Below, piece after piece: positions 45,785 to 55,492 of a stretch of 64,000 nt of DNA. Positions within the stretch are counted from its first letter, which is position 1; every line of letters starts with the position of its first letter. Under the pieces are notes generated by a model. It was not told where the DNA came from. It searched no databases and saw nothing but the letters and a program-made list of their open reading frames with translations. A program made the translations under genes and the position numbers. Source of the stretch: Armatimonadota bacterium (GTDB lineage Bacteria > Sysuimicrobiota > Sysuimicrobiia > Sysuimicrobiales > Humicultoraceae); NCBI GenBank assembly GCA_037443565.1, contig JBBIOB010000006.1:4300-68299 (forward strand), read 5' to 3'.

Positions 45785-46853
45785 GCATCCTCACCATCTG
45801 GAGGAAGCGGTCGAACAGCCCGGCTGAGTCCCGGGGCCCCGGCCGGCCCTCGGGGTGATACTGCACCGACATGATGGGCAGACGTCGGTGGCGCATCCCC
45901 TCGACGGTGCCGTCGTGGAGGTTGCGGTGCGTCACGCGAAACCCGGTCCCCGCAAGCGACGCCTCGTCGACCGCGTAGCCGTGGTTCTGCGTGGTGATCG
46001 CGACCCGACCGGTCGTCTCGTCGCGCACAGGATGGTTGGAGCCGCGGTGGCCGAACGGCATCTTGTACGTCTTCGCGCCCGCGGCGATCGCCAGGATCTG
46101 GTGGCCCAGGCAGATCCCCATCACCGGCATCTCGTCCCACAGCGCGCGCACTTCGGCCGCGACCCCGCGCAGCCGCGCGGGGTCGCCTGGCCCGTTGGTG
46201 ATGATGAGGCCTGCCGGCCGCGCGTCACGGATCGCGGGCGCTGGCGTGGTGTGCGGAACCAGCACCACCTCGCAGTCGCGCGCGCGGAGCTGCCTGATGA
46301 TGCCCTGTTTGGCGCCGCAGTCGAGCACCGCGATGCACAGACCGCCTCCCGGCCAGTGTACGACCTCCCGGGTGGACACCTGCTCAACGAGGTCGAGCTC
46401 ACCCAGATCGGGGAGCGCACGGGCGCGAGCGACCAGGCTTCCCGGCGGACCCTCGTCGGTGGTGATCAGGCCCCGCCGCACACCGCCGGTTCGCAGGTGG
46501 CGGACCAGCCGCCGGGTGTCGACACCCGCGATGCCAACCACCCCCCACGCCCGGAGGTACGCGTCGAGACCGCGGTCGTCACCGTCCCGTCCCGCCCCCG
46601 GCGCCGCCCAGCGCACGACGAACCCCGCGGCCTGGGGCCGGTGCGACTCCAGGTGCGCCTCGTCGAAGCCGTAGTTGCCGATCAGGGGATAGGCCATGAC
46701 GACGATCTGCCCGCGGTACGACGGATCGCTGAGGACTTCCTGGTAGCCGGTCGGACCGGTCGTGAATACGGCCTCGCCGCCGGCGGAGCCGGCGGCGCCG
46801 ATCGCCTCCCCGGCCAGGACCAGGCCGTCATCGAGTGCCAGCGTTGCGCGCAC
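45777..46853 (-). CDS. carA: Carbamoyl-phosphate synthase small subunit (glutamine amidotransferase)
   Basis: TGYQEVLSDPSYRGQIV; GICLGHQ catalytic triad region. Confidence 0.9.
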   Translation of the reverse strand: MRATLALDDGLVLAGEAIGAAGSAGGEAVFTTGPTGYQEVLSDPSYRGQIVVMAYPLIGNYGFDEAHLESHRPQAAGFVVRWAAPGAGRDGDDRGLDAYLRAWGVVGIAGVDTRRLVRHLRTGGVRRGLITTDEGPPGSLVARARALPDLGELDLVEQVSTREVVHWPGGGLCIAVLDCGAKQGIIRQLRARDCEVVLVPHTTPAPAIRDARPAGLIITNGPGDPARLRGVAAEVRALWDEMPVMGICLGHQILAIAAGAKTYKMPFGHRGSNHPVRDETTGRVAITTQNHGYAVDEASLAGTGFRVTHRNLHDGTVEGMRHRRLPIMSVQYHPEGRPGPRDSAGLFDRFLQMVRMHA

Positions 46854-46875
46854 GGGAAACCTCCAGACTGCAGTT

Positions 46876-46910
46876 GTGCATGATCATACGCCTCTGTGCA
46901 TGAACATGCA
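46876..46910. promoter_or_regulatory. Two tandem imperfect palindromes upstream of carA (TGTGCATGATCAT and TGTGCATGAACATGCA); ARG-box-like operator candidate
   Basis: ATGATCAT and TGCATG-AA-CATGCA are inverted repeats 6 nt apart in the only AT-rich part of the carA/ABC divergent region. Confidence 0.4.
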
Positions 46911-46985
46911 AGCCCGTGCTGTTCGATCCGCACCCCGAGGGATACCGAGGACTCCCATCCGGCGGCGCAGAAGTTTACTTGACCG

Positions 46986-47780
46986 GTGTCGGCGATGACA
47001 TCAACCAGGATCATCCTGAGCGCGGTCACCAAGGTTTTCCAGACGCGCGCCCGACCGGTCGTCGCCCTCGAGAACGTCTCGCTGGAGGTGGCCGGGGGTG
47101 AGTTCGTCTGCGTGGTCGGTCCGTCGGGTTGCGGCAAGTCCACGCTACTGCGGATCCTCGCGGGGCTCGTGCCGCCGACCTCGGGACAGGTCGCCTTCAA
47201 TGGAGGCACCCGCGACAAGCCGCTGCACAGCCTGGTCTTTCAGGAGTACGCGATCTTCCCCTGGAAGACCGTCTTCGAGAACGTCGCTTTCGGCCTCGAG
47301 ATGCGCGGAGTCCCGCGGCCGGACTGCGCGGCCGTCGCGCGCGCCTGGATCGAGCGGGTCGGGCTGCGCGACTTCGCCGACGCCTATCCGCGACAACTCT
47401 CGGGCGGCATGCGCCAGCGCGTGGGGATCGCCCGTGCGTTTGCCAACGACCCCGAGGTCCTCCTCATGGACGAACCGATGGGGGCGCTCGACGCGCAGAC
47501 GCGCCTGCTCCTGATGGACGAACTGCTGCGCCTGTGGGAAACCGACCGCAAGACCGTGGTCTACATCACACATGATATCGACGAAGCGCTGCTGCTCGGC
47601 GACCGCGTGGTCCTGATGACCGCGCGGCCGGGCCGGCCCAAAGCGACCTACAAGGTCCCATTTCCGCGGCCGCGGGGCATCGAGGTCATGGCCGCCCCCG
47701 AGTTCGCCAGGCTGTCGTACGCGATCTGGGAAGCGCTGAGGGATGAGGCGATCGCCGCGATGGGGACGCGGGCGTCATGA
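46986..47780 (+). CDS. ABC transporter ATP-binding protein (NitT/TauT family)
   Basis: VVGPSGCGKSTLLRILAGL; LSGGMRQRVGIARA; LLMDEP. Confidence 0.8.
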   Translation: MSAMTSTRIILSAVTKVFQTRARPVVALENVSLEVAGGEFVCVVGPSGCGKSTLLRILAGLVPPTSGQVAFNGGTRDKPLHSLVFQEYAIFPWKTVFENVAFGLEMRGVPRPDCAAVARAWIERVGLRDFADAYPRQLSGGMRQRVGIARAFANDPEVLLMDEPMGALDAQTRLLLMDELLRLWETDRKTVVYITHDIDEALLLGDRVVLMTARPGRPKATYKVPFPRPRGIEVMAAPEFARLSYAIWEALRDEAIAAMGTRAS

Positions 47781-48574
47781 CGGCGAACGCCGACCGCCGC
47801 GATGCCTGGCTGGCCGTCGGCGCGCCGCTCCTGCTCGTCGCGCTGTGGGAAAGCGCGGTGCACGTGGGGATTCTGGACGCCCGGTTCTTCCCGCCCCCGT
47901 CACTCGTGCTGGTCACGCTCACCCGTCTGGTTGCCGATGGCACGATCGCTCATCACGTGCTCGTGACCATCGCGCGCGTGATCGCCGGATTCGCAATCGG
48001 CGCCGGAGTTGGGCTGGCCGCCGGCCTGCTCCTGGGCACGATCCCGACGCTGCGGGCGGCGCTCGAGCCGACGATCTCGGCGCTCTACGTCATCCCGAAG
48101 GTCGCGATCCTCCCCCTGGTGATGCTGATCTTCGGCCTGGGCGAGGCGTCGAAGGTGGCGATCGTCGCCATCAGCACCTTCTTCATTGCGGTGATCAACA
48201 CGACCGCGGCCGTGGTGGGCATCGAGCCCACGTACCTCGAGGCGGGCCGGGCGTTCGGGGCCCGCCGGCTGCGGATGTTCAGACACGTCATCCTGCCCGG
48301 CGCGCTTCCGGTCATCGTCACCGGCCTGCGGCTGGCGCTGGGGACGGCGCTCATCGTCGTCATCGCCGCGGAATTCGTGGCGACGCAGGAGGGCATCGGC
48401 TTCTTCATCTGGCACGCCTGGAACACGCTGCGGCCCGAGGAGATGTTTGCCGGCTTCATTGTGATCGCGCTGTTAGGTATGCTGTCGTATGCGGCCATTC
48501 GGTGGGCCGGCCGCCGGATGATGCCGTGGCTCGAGGACGACCGTCCGCGCGGGGGGAGAATCGACCATGGGTAG
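47777..48574 (+). CDS. ABC transporter permease (NitT/TauT family)
   Basis: Six TMs and an EAA-like loop; overlaps neighbours. Confidence 0.8.
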   Translation: MTANADRRDAWLAVGAPLLLVALWESAVHVGILDARFFPPPSLVLVTLTRLVADGTIAHHVLVTIARVIAGFAIGAGVGLAAGLLLGTIPTLRAALEPTISALYVIPKVAILPLVMLIFGLGEASKVAIVAISTFFIAVINTTAAVVGIEPTYLEAGRAFGARRLRMFRHVILPGALPVIVTGLRLALGTALIVVIAAEFVATQEGIGFFIWHAWNTLRPEEMFAGFIVIALLGMLSYAAIRWAGRRMMPWLEDDRPRGGRIDHG

Positions 48575-49583
48575 ACGCGTTCGCCTCTGGACTCTGCTGC
48601 CGATCGCCGCCGTGGCGCTCGCATCGCTGGTGGTCTCGACGCCGGCTGAGGGGCAGCGCGCCGAGCGCGTCGTGGTCGCGCATGTCCCGCTCATCAACTT
48701 CGCCACGCTCTATGTGGCGATGGAGCGCGGGTACTTCCGCGAACAGGGCATCGACATCGAGCTCCAGCGGGTGGCCTCGGGCACCGAGGCCCTGGTCTTC
48801 CTGGCCCAGGACCGGTTGGATGTGGGCGCGGTCGGCATCTCGGCGTCGACCTTTAACGCGTTCAACCGGAAGCTCGACCTGCGCATCGTCGCGTCGACCT
48901 CGGTCTGGGGCCAGCGCCACGGCACCCGCATCCTCACCCGGCTCGACCTGTTCGACTCCGGCGAAGTCCGCTCGGTCCGGGACCTGCGCGGCCGCCGGGT
49001 CGCGGTCGCCGGCGGAGCCGGATCCACCGGCCACTACCTGTTCTTGATTGGGGCCAGACGCGGGGGCATCGGCCCGCGCGACTTCGAGCTGGTCAGCCTG
49101 CCGAACCCCGACCACGGACCGGCGCTGCGGGCCGGCCGGGTGGATGCCTCCCTCACGGGGTCGCCGTTCTCGTCCGCGGCGCTGGCGCAGTTCATGGCGC
49201 GGCCGCTGCTCGAGAACTTCGCGCCGGGCAACGCCTCCACGGTATTTGCGTACTCCGGCGGCTTCATGCGTACGCGGCCCGAGGTCGCCACGCGGTTTCT
49301 CATGGCGCTCATGCAGGCCGCCCGGGCGATGCAGGGGCCACAGTTCCTCGCGCCGGACAACGTCGCGGCCTACAAGAAGTACACTGGCGTACGCGACGAG
49401 GTGCTGCTCAACGAGCCGCCGCTGCTCTACGACCGTGACATGCGGATCGTCACAGGCACGATCGTCGACATGGAGAAGACCTTCCGCGAGGCCGGGCTGG
49501 CGGACTACGCGACGCCCGTTCCGCTGGAGGCGATGGTCAACCGACGGTTCCAGCAGGAGGCACTGAAGCGGTTGGGACCGTAA
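48567..49583 (+). CDS. ABC transporter substrate-binding protein (NMT1/SsuA-like)
   Basis: Signal peptide; NMT1/THI5-like composition. Confidence 0.65.
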   Translation: MGRRVRLWTLLPIAAVALASLVVSTPAEGQRAERVVVAHVPLINFATLYVAMERGYFREQGIDIELQRVASGTEALVFLAQDRLDVGAVGISASTFNAFNRKLDLRIVASTSVWGQRHGTRILTRLDLFDSGEVRSVRDLRGRRVAVAGGAGSTGHYLFLIGARRGGIGPRDFELVSLPNPDHGPALRAGRVDASLTGSPFSSAALAQFMARPLLENFAPGNASTVFAYSGGFMRTRPEVATRFLMALMQAARAMQGPQFLAPDNVAAYKKYTGVRDEVLLNEPPLLYDRDMRIVTGTIVDMEKTFREAGLADYATPVPLEAMVNRRFQQEALKRLGP

Positions 49584-49606
49584 GACTGAGTCGAGGAGGG
49601 AGATTT

Positions 49607-50914
49607 ATGCAGCACCTTCGGATCGCCGCCGCAGTCCTGATCTGCGTGCTGTCCGTGAGTGTCCCGGCGGGCCTCTCTGCTCCCGCCCAGGAGATGGTGT
49701 TCACCTCCAACCAGTTCACGCCCATCGAAGAGCAGGAATGGGCCAGGAGCACCCTGCTGGCCGGATTCACCCGGGAGTCCGGGGTGACCGTCCGGTTCAT
49801 CACCGAAGCCGAGGGGCCGTACGTCGACCGCCTGCTGGCCGAGGCCCGCGCCGGTCGCGGCACCATTGATGTCACGGGCACGCTGCACGGAATTTTCCCC
49901 GTGTTCATCGCCAACAACGCCATCCGCGACGTGAGCGATGTGCAGCGGCAACTCGACGCCAGGAGAGACCGCACCTTCTACAGAGACCTGCTGGCGGTCT
50001 CCAGGATGGAAGGGATTCAGGCCTTCATTCCCTGGATGCAGGCCACCTACCTGATCGCCGCCCGGAGGGAGGCCCTGCAGCACTTCCCGAGAGACCGGAA
50101 CCCGATGCGAATGACCTACGACGACCTCCTGCAGTGGGGTGAGAACATCCGGCAGGCCACCGGCCAGCGCCGGCTCGGCTTCCCCGCAGGACCGCTCGGG
50201 CTGTACGGCCGGTTTCTGCACGGATACATCTACCCCTCGTATACCGGAGCACAGGTGAAGGCGTTCAAGTCCGCAGAAGCCGTGGAGATGTGGCGGTACC
50301 TCCGGCGGCTGTGGGGCGTCACCCATCCCTCCTCGTTCACCTACGCGTTCATGCATGAGCCGCTCCTGCTGGGCGAGGTCTGGGTGGCCTGGGACCACAC
50401 CGCCCGGTTGATTCCCGCCCTGCGACAGCGACCCGGAGACTTCGTCGTCCTCCCCTCTCCTGCCGGGCCGAAGGGGCGGTCGTTCCTCTCGGTGGCCGTA
50501 GGGCTGAGCATTCCGCGCACCGCGCCGAACCCCGAGTTGGGCGTGCGCTTGATCGAGTACCTGACCCGCCCGACCACGCAGGTGGCGACCCTGCAGGGCG
50601 TGGCGTTCTTCCCCGTCTCGCCCGAGGCGGCCAGGGAGGTTCCCTCTGGGGGATTGAAGGTGGTCGCCGACGGCGTATCGGCACAGGCAGGGGCGCCTGA
50701 TGCGCGCACCGCGCTGCTGCCCGTGGGCCTGGGCGCGCGCACCGGCGAGTTCGTGCCGCTCTACGTGGACACGTTCCGGCTGATCGCCATCGAGGGCCGC
50801 AACATCGAGGATGTGCTGGCGGCGCAAGCGCGCAGGCTGGAAGAGCTCTACCGGGCCACCAACGCGCCGTGTCCGCCGCCGGATCCGGCAATCAGGCCGT
50901 GCAGGCCGGATTGA
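49607..50914 (+). CDS. Sugar ABC transporter substrate-binding protein
   Basis: Signal peptide (AAVLICVLSVSVPAGLSA); family-1 SBP. Confidence 0.7.
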   Translation: MQHLRIAAAVLICVLSVSVPAGLSAPAQEMVFTSNQFTPIEEQEWARSTLLAGFTRESGVTVRFITEAEGPYVDRLLAEARAGRGTIDVTGTLHGIFPVFIANNAIRDVSDVQRQLDARRDRTFYRDLLAVSRMEGIQAFIPWMQATYLIAARREALQHFPRDRNPMRMTYDDLLQWGENIRQATGQRRLGFPAGPLGLYGRFLHGYIYPSYTGAQVKAFKSAEAVEMWRYLRRLWGVTHPSSFTYAFMHEPLLLGEVWVAWDHTARLIPALRQRPGDFVVLPSPAGPKGRSFLSVAVGLSIPRTAPNPELGVRLIEYLTRPTTQVATLQGVAFFPVSPEAAREVPSGGLKVVADGVSAQAGAPDARTALLPVGLGARTGEFVPLYVDTFRLIAIEGRNIEDVLAAQARRLEELYRATNAPCPPPDPAIRPCRPD

Positions 50915-51807
50915 CGCCGAAAGCGGAACTGCCAGGAACCGCCCGGGGGGTCCGAATCGAGTGGACCCCCTACCTGCTCGTGTTGCCCACGCTGGTGTTC
51001 CTCGGCGTGTTCTTCGTCTACCCCATGGCGCAGGCGCTCTGGCTCGCCGTCACGGTACCGGAAACCGGCGGGCTGACGCTGGGGCACTTCCAGCGGATGA
51101 GCGACGACCTGTACTTCAGGTCGGCGATCCGCTACACGATCATCATCACGGCCATTGCGGTTCCGCTCCAGGTGGCCCTGGGGCTGGCGATCGCGCTGCT
51201 GGTCAACTCTCGGTTTTCGGGCCACTCGTACTTCCTGTACCTGTGCGCTGTCCCGCTGGGGATCTCGGACCTCGCCGCTGGGCTCATCTGGCTGTCCATC
51301 TTCACCGAGCGGGGCTACCTCAATGCGTTTCTCCAGGCGGCGGGGCTGGTGGCGCAGCCCATCACCTTTCTGACCTTCGAGCGTCCCGAGTGGCTGGTGG
51401 GCGCGATCATCCTGACCGAGGTCTGGCGCGCCACGGCCATCGTGATGATCATCCTCCTGGCCGGATTGCAGTTGATCCCCAGGGACTACCTGGAAACCGC
51501 CAGCGTGTTCGGCGCCAACCGGTGGCAGACGCTCCGGCACGTGCTCCTGCCGCTCCTGCGGCCGAGCCTCCAGACCGCGCTCATTATCCGCACGATCCTG
51601 GCGTTTCAGGTCTTCGCCACGGTCATCACGCTCGCGGGACGCCAGGTGCCTGTCCTGGCTGGAGAGGCCTACTTCTGGTACTCGCTCTACCGCAGCCCGA
51701 ACGTCGCCAGCGCATACGCGGTGCTGATCCTATTCCTCTCCGGTGCCATCACGTGGATCTACCTGCGGGTGCTCCGCCAGCGGGAGGCCGAGGTGGCGCC
51801 CACATGA
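50869..51807 (+). CDS. Sugar ABC permease (MalF/UgpA-like)
   Basis: Six TMs; EAA-type loop (ETASVFGANRWQTLRHVLLPLLRP). Confidence 0.8.
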   Translation: MSAAGSGNQAVQAGLTPKAELPGTARGVRIEWTPYLLVLPTLVFLGVFFVYPMAQALWLAVTVPETGGLTLGHFQRMSDDLYFRSAIRYTIIITAIAVPLQVALGLAIALLVNSRFSGHSYFLYLCAVPLGISDLAAGLIWLSIFTERGYLNAFLQAAGLVAQPITFLTFERPEWLVGAIILTEVWRATAIVMIILLAGLQLIPRDYLETASVFGANRWQTLRHVLLPLLRPSLQTALIIRTILAFQVFATVITLAGRQVPVLAGEAYFWYSLYRSPNVASAYAVLILFLSGAITWIYLRVLRQREAEVAPT

Positions 51808-51831
51808 GAAAGCCGTGCGGGGGACGCTGAC

Positions 51832-52641
51832 ATGACGCTGCGGCGCCTCGGCCTCTACAGCGCAGCGCTCGTTGTTGGCGCGTGGGTGGCGCTGCCGCTG
51901 GTGCTGATCACGCTAGCGGCCTTCACGCCGCGCGACCTGCTCTACCAGTGGCCCAGGCGTCTGTGGCCGGAGGCGTTCACGCTGGACACGCTGCTGTTCT
52001 TCACCCGGTCCGCGGGCGTGCTGCGGGCCACCTGGAACAGCGTGTTCGTCGCCTCGATGACCATCGGCCTGTCGTTCCTGATCGCGGCGCCCACGGGCTA
52101 CGCGCTGGCCCGATATCGCTTCCGCGGTCGGGACGCGCTGCAGCTGGCGATCCTGGCCACCAAGATGTTTCCCGCAACCGTGTTGTCCATTCCCCTTGCC
52201 GTCGCGTTCATCCGGTGGGGCCTGTATGACACGCTCGTCGGCGTCGCGATCGTGCACACCGCGCTGTCGATCCCGTTTGTGACCGTGATCGTCGTGAGCG
52301 TGTTCCTCGGCATCTCCTTCGAGCTCGAGGAGGCCGCCATGACCCTGGGGAGCAGCCGGGCGCAGGCCTTCCTACGGGTCACGCTGCCGATGGCGCTGCC
52401 CGGACTGGCCGCGGCGGGCATCTTTACGTTCGTCCTGTCGTGGAACGAGGTGTTCGCCGCCACCATCCTGACCCTGGACAACCGCACGCTGCCCGCGCTC
52501 ATCATCAACTCGGTGGTTGCCGCGGGAGCGCCGCTGCACTACCGCTTCGCGGGGGGCTTCTTCATGGTGGTGCCGGCGCTGGTGATCATCTTCCTGATCC
52601 GCCGCTACCTCCTCACGCTGTGGGGCGTGACGGTGCGGTAG
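51832..52641 (+). CDS. Sugar ABC permease (MalG/UgpE-like)
   Basis: EEAAMTLGSSRAQAFLRVTLPMALPG. Confidence 0.8.
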   Translation: MTLRRLGLYSAALVVGAWVALPLVLITLAAFTPRDLLYQWPRRLWPEAFTLDTLLFFTRSAGVLRATWNSVFVASMTIGLSFLIAAPTGYALARYRFRGRDALQLAILATKMFPATVLSIPLAVAFIRWGLYDTLVGVAIVHTALSIPFVTVIVVSVFLGISFELEEAAMTLGSSRAQAFLRVTLPMALPGLAAAGIFTFVLSWNEVFAATILTLDNRTLPALIINSVVAAGAPLHYRFAGGFFMVVPALVIIFLIRRYLLTLWGVTVR

Positions 52642-52657
52642 GCCTTCGGAGGCGCGA

Positions 52658-53755
52658 ATGGCCGAAATCGATCTGCAGGGGTTGCGCAAGACCTACGGCC
52701 GCGTCGTGGCCATCCGGGAGCTGTCGCTGCAGATCCGCGACGGCGAGTTCCTGGTGCTGCTCGGCCCGTCGGGCTGCGGGAAGACCACCACCCTGCGCGC
52801 GATCGCCGGTCTGGAGGCCCTCGACCGCGGGCGTATCATGATCGGCGGGCGCGACGTGACGGCCCTACCGCCGGGCAAGCGCGGCATCGCCATGGTGTTC
52901 CAGTCCTACGCCGTGTTCCCGCACATGCGGGTCTATGACAACGTCGTGTTCGGGCTCCGCATGCGCGGGGTGCCGGAGGCCGAACAGCGGCGACGGGCGG
53001 CGGAGACCGCGGACCTGCTCGGGATCGCCGACCTGCTCGACCGGTACCCGGCGCAGCTCTCCGGCGGGCAGCGCCAGCGCGTGGCGGTGGCGAGGGCGAT
53101 CGTCATGCGGCCCGATGTCCTGCTGATGGACGAGCCGCTCTCCAACCTGGATGCTCTGCTGCGACTGCACATGCGGGCGGAGCTCAAGCGGCTCCACCGC
53201 GAGGTCGGCTCCACCACCGTCTACGTGACACACGACCAGCTCGAAGCCCTCAGCCTGGGCGACCGGATCGCGGTGATGAAGGACGGCGCGATCGTGCAGT
53301 GCGGGACCGCGACCGAGATCTACGACACGCCCGCCAATCGGTTCGTCGGTAGCTTCATCGGGGCTCCGCCCATGAACTTCGTCAGCGGGACCCTCCGCGC
53401 CGCCGACGGCCGCCTCGTGGTGGACACCGCGGGGGGCAGCGTCGCGCTGCCCGACGCGCTCCGCACATCCCTCGGCGAGCGGGCCGGCCGCGAGATCGTG
53501 GTCGGCATTCGCCCTGAGCACATCGAGGTGGCGGCGGCGCAGGCGACCGAGGCGATCGCGGCCGAGGTCATCGTCGTGGAGCCGGTGGGCGCGTACCAGC
53601 TGATGACGGTGCGCGCCGGCAGGGAGCTTCTCAAAGTGACGGTCCCCACCGATCTCGACGTACAGCCGGCGCAGCGGGTCTGGTTGCGCATGAATCCGGG
53701 CCGCATCAGGCTCATGGACGCCCAGACCGGCCAGGCCGTTGGCGCCGCGCCATGA
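52658..53755 (+). CDS. Sugar ABC ATP-binding protein (MalK/UgpC-like, canonical motifs)
   Basis: GPSGCGKTT; LSGGQRQRVAVARA; LLMDEPLSNLDA; THDQ. Confidence 0.85.
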   Translation: MAEIDLQGLRKTYGRVVAIRELSLQIRDGEFLVLLGPSGCGKTTTLRAIAGLEALDRGRIMIGGRDVTALPPGKRGIAMVFQSYAVFPHMRVYDNVVFGLRMRGVPEAEQRRRAAETADLLGIADLLDRYPAQLSGGQRQRVAVARAIVMRPDVLLMDEPLSNLDALLRLHMRAELKRLHREVGSTTVYVTHDQLEALSLGDRIAVMKDGAIVQCGTATEIYDTPANRFVGSFIGAPPMNFVSGTLRAADGRLVVDTAGGSVALPDALRTSLGERAGREIVVGIRPEHIEVAAAQATEAIAAEVIVVEPVGAYQLMTVRAGRELLKVTVPTDLDVQPAQRVWLRMNPGRIRLMDAQTGQAVGAAP

Positions 53756-55032
53756 CGGAGGCGGAGCTGCTCGCGCAGGCCGAAGCGGTTCTGCGCGGCA
53801 ACGACCTCGGCGACTACACCAAGCCCAGCCCGCGACTCTATCCGCACCAGTGGCTGTGGGACAGCGCGTTCGTGGCCATCGGGTGGGCCCACATCGACTG
53901 GCCGCGTGCCGTGCGCGAGGTCGACGCGCTGCTGGCCGGCCAGTGGCAGGACGGCATGCTCCCGCACATCATCTACACCCCCACGGTCACGGACTATCAC
54001 CCGGGGCCGGAGTGGTGGCCCCAGACGCCGACCCGGCGTCCCGAGATGCGCACGAGCGGCATCTCCCAGCCGCCGGTCTTGCCCACGGCGGTCCACGTCG
54101 TCGGGATGATCCAACCGGACGAGCGCGTCCGGATCGAGTGGTGGGGACGTATCTATGAGCCGCTGCTCGATTCGATGCGCTACTTCTCGCGGCACCGCGT
54201 GTTCACTGACTCGCCGCTTATCGCTATCATCCACCCGTGGGAGGCGGGGCTCGACAACAGCCCCCGATGGGATTTCGCCGTGCGCCTGGGGCTCCGCCCG
54301 TCGCAGGCCTACCGGCGCGTCGACAACACCGTGGTGTCTCCGGCCCTGCGGCCCGTGCAGGCCGACTACGACCTCTACATGCACCTGGTCGAGCGGATCG
54401 CGGCGAGCGGATACGATATGGCCGCCTACCTGCCCGCGGCGCCGTTTGCCATCTACGACGCCCTTTTCAACGCGGTGTGGTACCGCGGCATGCGCGATCT
54501 CAACCGGATCGCCTCGGCCCTCGGCAGGCCTCCGGCGGCGGGCACCGGCGAGCTCGACGCCTTTCGGGAAGCCTACCAGACCACGCTCTGGAACGAATCA
54601 GCGGCACTGTTCCGTGACGTCGACGTGAGAACCGGCGCGCAGATCCCCGTGGACACCGCGGCCGGGCTTGCGGCCATCTACGGCGGCCTGGTGGATGGTG
54701 CGCGGGCCGCGACGATGCTGGCGCGCTATCAGGACCGGGCCCCCAGCTGCCGGATGATTCCCTCGGTCCCGCCCGATGAGGCGACGTTCGATCCCATGCG
54801 CTACTGGCGCGGGCCGGTCTGGATCAACATCAACTGGTTGATCATCCGGGGGTTGGAGGACCTGGGTCTTGGCGCCGAGGCGCGCGCGCTCGCCGACAGT
54901 ACGATCAACCTGGTCGGCGCCTCGGGCCTGCACGAGTACTACCAGCCGCTCACAGCGGAGGGCATCGGCGGACCGGCGTTCTCGTGGACGGCCGCGCTGG
55001 CAATCGACCTCCTGCGCCGCCCTGTGGCGTAG
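53752..55032 (+). CDS. (alpha/alpha)6-barrel glycoside hydrolase, GH63-like (mannosylglycerate/glucosylglycerate hydrolase-like)
   Basis: 426 aa; LWDSAF, HPWEAGLDNSPRWD and WRGPVWININWLI resemble GH63/GH37 clan motifs. The start overlaps the ATPase stop. Confidence 0.55.
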   Translation: MTEAELLAQAEAVLRGNDLGDYTKPSPRLYPHQWLWDSAFVAIGWAHIDWPRAVREVDALLAGQWQDGMLPHIIYTPTVTDYHPGPEWWPQTPTRRPEMRTSGISQPPVLPTAVHVVGMIQPDERVRIEWWGRIYEPLLDSMRYFSRHRVFTDSPLIAIIHPWEAGLDNSPRWDFAVRLGLRPSQAYRRVDNTVVSPALRPVQADYDLYMHLVERIAASGYDMAAYLPAAPFAIYDALFNAVWYRGMRDLNRIASALGRPPAAGTGELDAFREAYQTTLWNESAALFRDVDVRTGAQIPVDTAAGLAAIYGGLVDGARAATMLARYQDRAPSCRMIPSVPPDEATFDPMRYWRGPVWININWLIIRGLEDLGLGAEARALADSTINLVGASGLHEYYQPLTAEGIGGPAFSWTAALAIDLLRRPVA

Positions 55033-55046
55033 TCGGCCTTGAGCCG

Positions 55047-55427
55047 CTACCGGCCCGATCCTCCCGGCTGCTCGTGGAGCGTCAGGAACAGGTGGATGAT
55101 GTCGGTGGCGCTGATGATGCCGACGACGCGCCCGGCCCGCACGATGGGAATCCTGCGCACCATCTGATCGAGCATCATCCGCGCGACCTCCTCGACGGGC
55201 GTGTCCTCCTGCGCGACGACCGGGTCGGCGGTCATGACCTCGGCCACGGTATCGCCGACGCGGCCGACCAGGTCGACGAGGCTCACCATCCCGATCAGCG
55301 TCTGTGTGCCGTCCACGACCGGGGCCCCGTGAATGCGATACCGCAGCAGCACGTCAGACGCTTCGGCCACGTTCATATCCGGCATGAGGGTCACAACGTC
55401 CTTGACCATGATCTCCCTGGCTTCCAC
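55047..55427 (-). CDS. CBS domain pair protein
   Basis: Two CBS motifs (VAEASDVLLRYRIHGAPVVD; RIPIVRAGRVVGIISATDI). Confidence 0.7.
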   Translation of the reverse strand: MEAREIMVKDVVTLMPDMNVAEASDVLLRYRIHGAPVVDGTQTLIGMVSLVDLVGRVGDTVAEVMTADPVVAQEDTPVEEVARMMLDQMVRRIPIVRAGRVVGIISATDIIHLFLTLHEQPGGSGR

Positions 55428-55492
55428 AGATTGACACCTCCCATGGACGGCCGGGCAAGACCCCGGCCGCTCGCCCAGCGTGCCACCGCCCG

